Shown piece after piece: positions 25,218 to 27,814 of a stretch of DNA of 27,814 nt (position 1 is the first letter of the stretch; each line of letters begins with the position of its first letter). Source of the stretch: a virus. Its lineage: Duplodnaviria > Caudoviricetes. The DNA lies in IMG/VR virus record IMGVR_UViG_3300025103_000121, positions 1-27,814 of that record. One strand, given 5' to 3'. Below the pieces are notes generated by a model, which did no database searches, was not told the DNA's origin, and saw only the letters and a list, made by a program, of their open reading frames with translations. A program made the position numbers and the translations under genes.

Positions 25218-25261
25218 GGGGAGCAAGAACGTGTAACTGGCTTAATTGCCTCTTACTCCCC
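25218..25261 (-). promoter_or_regulatory. Intergenic stem-loop (possible processing/attenuation site)
   Basis: GGGGAGUAAGA/UCUUGCUCCCC 11 bp with a U-G pair only on the - strand; nested GGC-AAUUAA-GCC hairpin; no clear U-tract. Confidence 0.55.
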
Positions 25262-25271
25262 GGTTATTAAT

Positions 25272-25487
25272 TTACGCTGATATCAACTGATATTCAGCAT
25301 ATTTGTTGCCTGTGTGAGACTTAACACGACTTGTAGCAATGTTATGTCCATCAGTTCGCAATGAATTTATGATAGCGGCTAATCTAAAGCAACCACATCT
25401 ATTCAAGGCTAACATAGGCGTTACCTTTACTCCTTGTTCTAAGAGCTCCAGTATTATAGTCTTTTGACTTCTTGCGTTTCTTGGCAT
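25272..25487 (-). CDS. Winged helix-turn-helix protein (HTH_39-like)
   Basis: SQKTIILELL...VTPMLAL...GCFRLAAIINSLRTDGHNIAT...YAEYQL; ATG 25487 preferred because GGAGG lies 8 nt upstream. Confidence 0.8.
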   Translation of the reverse strand: MPRNARSQKTIILELLEQGVKVTPMLALNRCGCFRLAAIINSLRTDGHNIATSRVKSHTGNKYAEYQLISA

Positions 25488-25651
25488 AGGTTTTCCTCCG
25501 ATGTTATGAAACTTGTTGTTATACCGTATTTCCATATACATAACTCGAATCGTATACTATCATTATGTATGCTTACCCCAAATCTAAAATGCTGGAATAA
25601 AATAATGATTATACCATTCTTTGGTATAAATATGTCTATTATCGGCGTCAC
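25454..25651 (-). CDS. Small hypothetical protein
   Basis: GTG start overlaps the upstream stop (GTGA) and the ORF fills the gap in the operon. Confidence 0.5.
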   Translation of the reverse strand: MTPIIDIFIPKNGIIIILFQHFRFGVSIHNDSIRFELCIWKYGITTSFITSEENLCQETQEVKRL

Positions 25652-26178
25652 GAACGTCTTACTCTTTTAACTTTTTGTATAAAGAACCCGGGAATGTCTA
25701 CACCTTGAGTTAACTCTTTACGAGCTTTTTTCTTATCAATGTGTGTTGTCATCTTTACCACCTTATAATCATCAGGGACATCATCTTCACGGGAAACTGC
25801 TACAGGTCCGTAGGTTTCGTATAGTTTGTATCTAGCGGTGTCTGTTTCATAAACACCATCTGTGCCAACTTCCTCTACTACCATAGGTATTAGAGTTTCA
25901 TTAAAGTACTTCTTTAAGCTTTCTGTTGCTCTTCTTCGTACTTTTAATCGCTGAATCTCCTTGGTTAACGCCTCAACTTCTGCGTCTACTAGGTGAATCT
26001 TTCTATCAATGTTTATCATAAAGTGGTCTATTCCATCGACTTTACGTCCGATGTCCTGCTTAGTCACAGTTAAGGCACTTTCAATGACACTAACTTCGTC
26101 TTGATTATCAGCATATTCTAATTGACACTCTAAGTCTATGAAATCTCCTACTAGTTCTCTAGTCGTTTTCTTTTCCAT
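25648..26178 (-). CDS. Siphovirus Gp157 / Gam-like coiled-coil protein
   Basis: KVDGI...EIQRLK...ESLKKY...VPDDY...IDKKKARKEL..GVDIPG pattern. Confidence 0.8.
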   Translation of the reverse strand: MEKKTTRELVGDFIDLECQLEYADNQDEVSVIESALTVTKQDIGRKVDGIDHFMINIDRKIHLVDAEVEALTKEIQRLKVRRRATESLKKYFNETLIPMVVEEVGTDGVYETDTARYKLYETYGPVAVSREDDVPDDYKVVKMTTHIDKKKARKELTQGVDIPGFFIQKVKRVRRS

Positions 26179-26326
26179 ATTCTTTCTCCAGAGCTTGTTC
26201 GATTATGTGTTCTAATTGCTTACGCATACTACGTTTATTCCGTTGTGCTAACTTCTGTAACTTTAGTTTTGTTTCTTGAGTTACTTCAGTCTTTACAACA
26301 GCTCTTTCTCCGAATGGTATAGGCAT
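26159..26326 (-). CDS. Ribbon-helix-helix (Arc/CopG-like) DNA-binding protein
   Basis: VVKTEV strand, then ETKLKLQKLAQRNKRSMRKQLEHIIEQAL; ATG 26326 with AGGAGG and TAATG coupling to the helicase stop. Confidence 0.75.
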   Translation of the reverse strand: MPIPFGERAVVKTEVTQETKLKLQKLAQRNKRSMRKQLEHIIEQALEKEYGKEND

Positions 26327-27813
26327 TATACCCTCCTTTTCAGTCTGAATGATGGAGTCCATTCAAGTTCAACATCGAATAAATCTCCATCGCTGTTTTT
26401 GAATAATGATACTGTCTTTTCAGTAGAGTCTTGCTTACCATTGATACCTATCACTTTTCTAGATGCGTTTTCTATCGCACCACTTCCTTTACCAGCATAT
26501 ATATCAAGAATCTGATTCCTGCTATATTCTCTGGCGACCTGACTAATCTGTATAATGATTATATCTAGGTTTACTGCAAGGTTTGATAAGAAATGTGATA
26601 CATATCTAACTTGTTCATATTCTCCTCTGATACCCCTTGGTGGTTCAATAAGGTCTATATAATCCACTATAACCAAGTTTGGTTGTAGGTCTCTTATAGT
26701 CTTTTGAATCATATCTGGGGTAGGTGCTACTGTCTGTATGTTTAGATGTTCTAAATACTGATTATAGTTATCTCCTACATACTTATAGTTAGCTGTAACA
26801 TCATCTTTACTCATTCCAGAAACTATCTGTTGGTTACGTCTGTGCATATACCAACCACTTAATTCTAAAGATAAGAACAAAGTAGGTATCTGCCACTCCT
26901 GTTTGATTTCGTCATTTCCGAAATCGTAACCTAATGCAATATTCTGGGCTAAAGCTGTCTTATTAGCACCAGTAGGACCGAATATCGTAACGAGTTCCCC
27001 CGGATAAATATTACAATCCCTATTGTTAATACCAAACATCTTTGCTAAAGGTATCATTTTTCCAGTAAAGTCTGATTCCAATCTTTCCTCTAGCTCTGAC
27101 TGTAAATCTCCTGATGTTTTAATATCAATAAGATAGTCTTTGTTTTTGTAGTATACGCACTTTGGTGAGCATACTTTTACTAGCAATTCGTCATTGCAAC
27201 CATACTTATACCCATAGTTATATGTACTTTCGACCTTGTCTATAACTATTTGCGGGTTTAATTGATTATCGTTCCAATGTAACAAGGATGCCTTAGTAGC
27301 ATCGCTTGGTATTCCATTACGTCTAAAATGAGAAGCTATTCTAAGTAACGTGTGATTCCTAGAACCTTGGTTAGGTCCATCATTGTATAGTTTTTGTATA
27401 CAAGGAACTACATTACTCGGTTCATTAACTTTCTGCATTGACCTGACTTTTGGTACTTCTCTTACAATATGCTTTTCAAGAGATAAATCTCCCCAGAGGT
27501 CTGATACTCCGTAGTCTAATCTCCTGTCTTGAGCAATACTGATGATGTTCGTATAGTCAGTATGAAGTTCTGCATATGTTAATGGAACTTTAAATAGTTC
27601 TGATTTTATGTTTAAGGTATGGGCTAACCTTATGATAGCTGTCCTCGTGTAGACTGCGGGGTCTGGCTTAAACTCTTCTAATAGATTAAGCATAGTCGCC
27701 TTAACGATAAAAGGCAGGTCTGGACTGGGCTGAAACCCAAAACATTCTGCACTTATATCAACGTGGTAACCTGTCCCACTAAAGTAGATTTGGAAGTTAC
27801 CTTCCTTTAAACC
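26326..27813 (-). CDS. AEP primase fused to PriL/PriCT-like domain and DnaB-like (SF4) helicase (5' truncated by window)
   Basis: Frame stays open beyond 27693 to the window end and adds YFSGTGYHV (AEP motif II); DPAVY..IIRL (motif III); PCI...GSRNHTL; helicase motifs GPTGANKT, FLSLE, VIVDYIDL, ISQVAR, GSGAIE. Confidence 0.88.
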   Translation of the reverse strand, partial: GLKEGNFQIYFSGTGYHVDISAECFGFQPSPDLPFIVKATMLNLLEEFKPDPAVYTRTAIIRLAHTLNIKSELFKVPLTYAELHTDYTNIISIAQDRRLDYGVSDLWGDLSLEKHIVREVPKVRSMQKVNEPSNVVPCIQKLYNDGPNQGSRNHTLLRIASHFRRNGIPSDATKASLLHWNDNQLNPQIVIDKVESTYNYGYKYGCNDELLVKVCSPKCVYYKNKDYLIDIKTSGDLQSELEERLESDFTGKMIPLAKMFGINNRDCNIYPGELVTIFGPTGANKTALAQNIALGYDFGNDEIKQEWQIPTLFLSLELSGWYMHRRNQQIVSGMSKDDVTANYKYVGDNYNQYLEHLNIQTVAPTPDMIQKTIRDLQPNLVIVDYIDLIEPPRGIRGEYEQVRYVSHFLSNLAVNLDIIIIQISQVAREYSRNQILDIYAGKGSGAIENASRKVIGINGKQDSTEKTVSLFKNSDGDLFDVELEWTPSFRLKRRV

Positions 27814-27814
27814 T

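Noticed and set aside
24420-26515. + strand ORFs 24420-24704, 24649-24921, 25464-25670, 26276-26515
   Set aside because: Antisense shadows of the - strand operon.
1-27814. Stop-codon reassignment as in some crAss-like phages
   Set aside because: Long genes are intact in the standard code, and TAA, TAG and TGA all end genes at tight junctions.

Overview
This is a 27.8-kb fragment of an AT-rich dsDNA tailed phage, probably podovirus-like and probably aquatic, using the standard genetic code. The + strand (1-23320) is the late/virion arm: tail-fibre C-terminus and assembly protein, a lysis block (two holin-like proteins, GH108 endolysin), a metallophosphoesterase, a split tail nozzle gene and a run of internal virion (ejection) proteins. 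That run includes a 2933-aa protein with the catalytic motifs of a single-chain two-barrel RNA polymerase (TDG, SAVK, RVP, GADLDGDK), i.e. a crAss-like virion RNA polymerase, although the strong AGGAGG Shine-Dalgarno sites argue against a Bacteroidota host. The - strand (23401-27814) is a replication/early arm: AEP primase-helicase, RHH protein, Gp157-like protein, HTH protein, HNH nuclease and a MazG-like protein. It ends in about 490 nt of densely base-paired non-coding sequence (candidate ncRNA array, with a pseudoknotted ~173-nt domain and anti-SD-loop hairpins) followed by a 62-aa histone-fold protein. The two arms converge on a hairpin terminator. All family assignments are by eye from motifs; no searches or folding programs were run.
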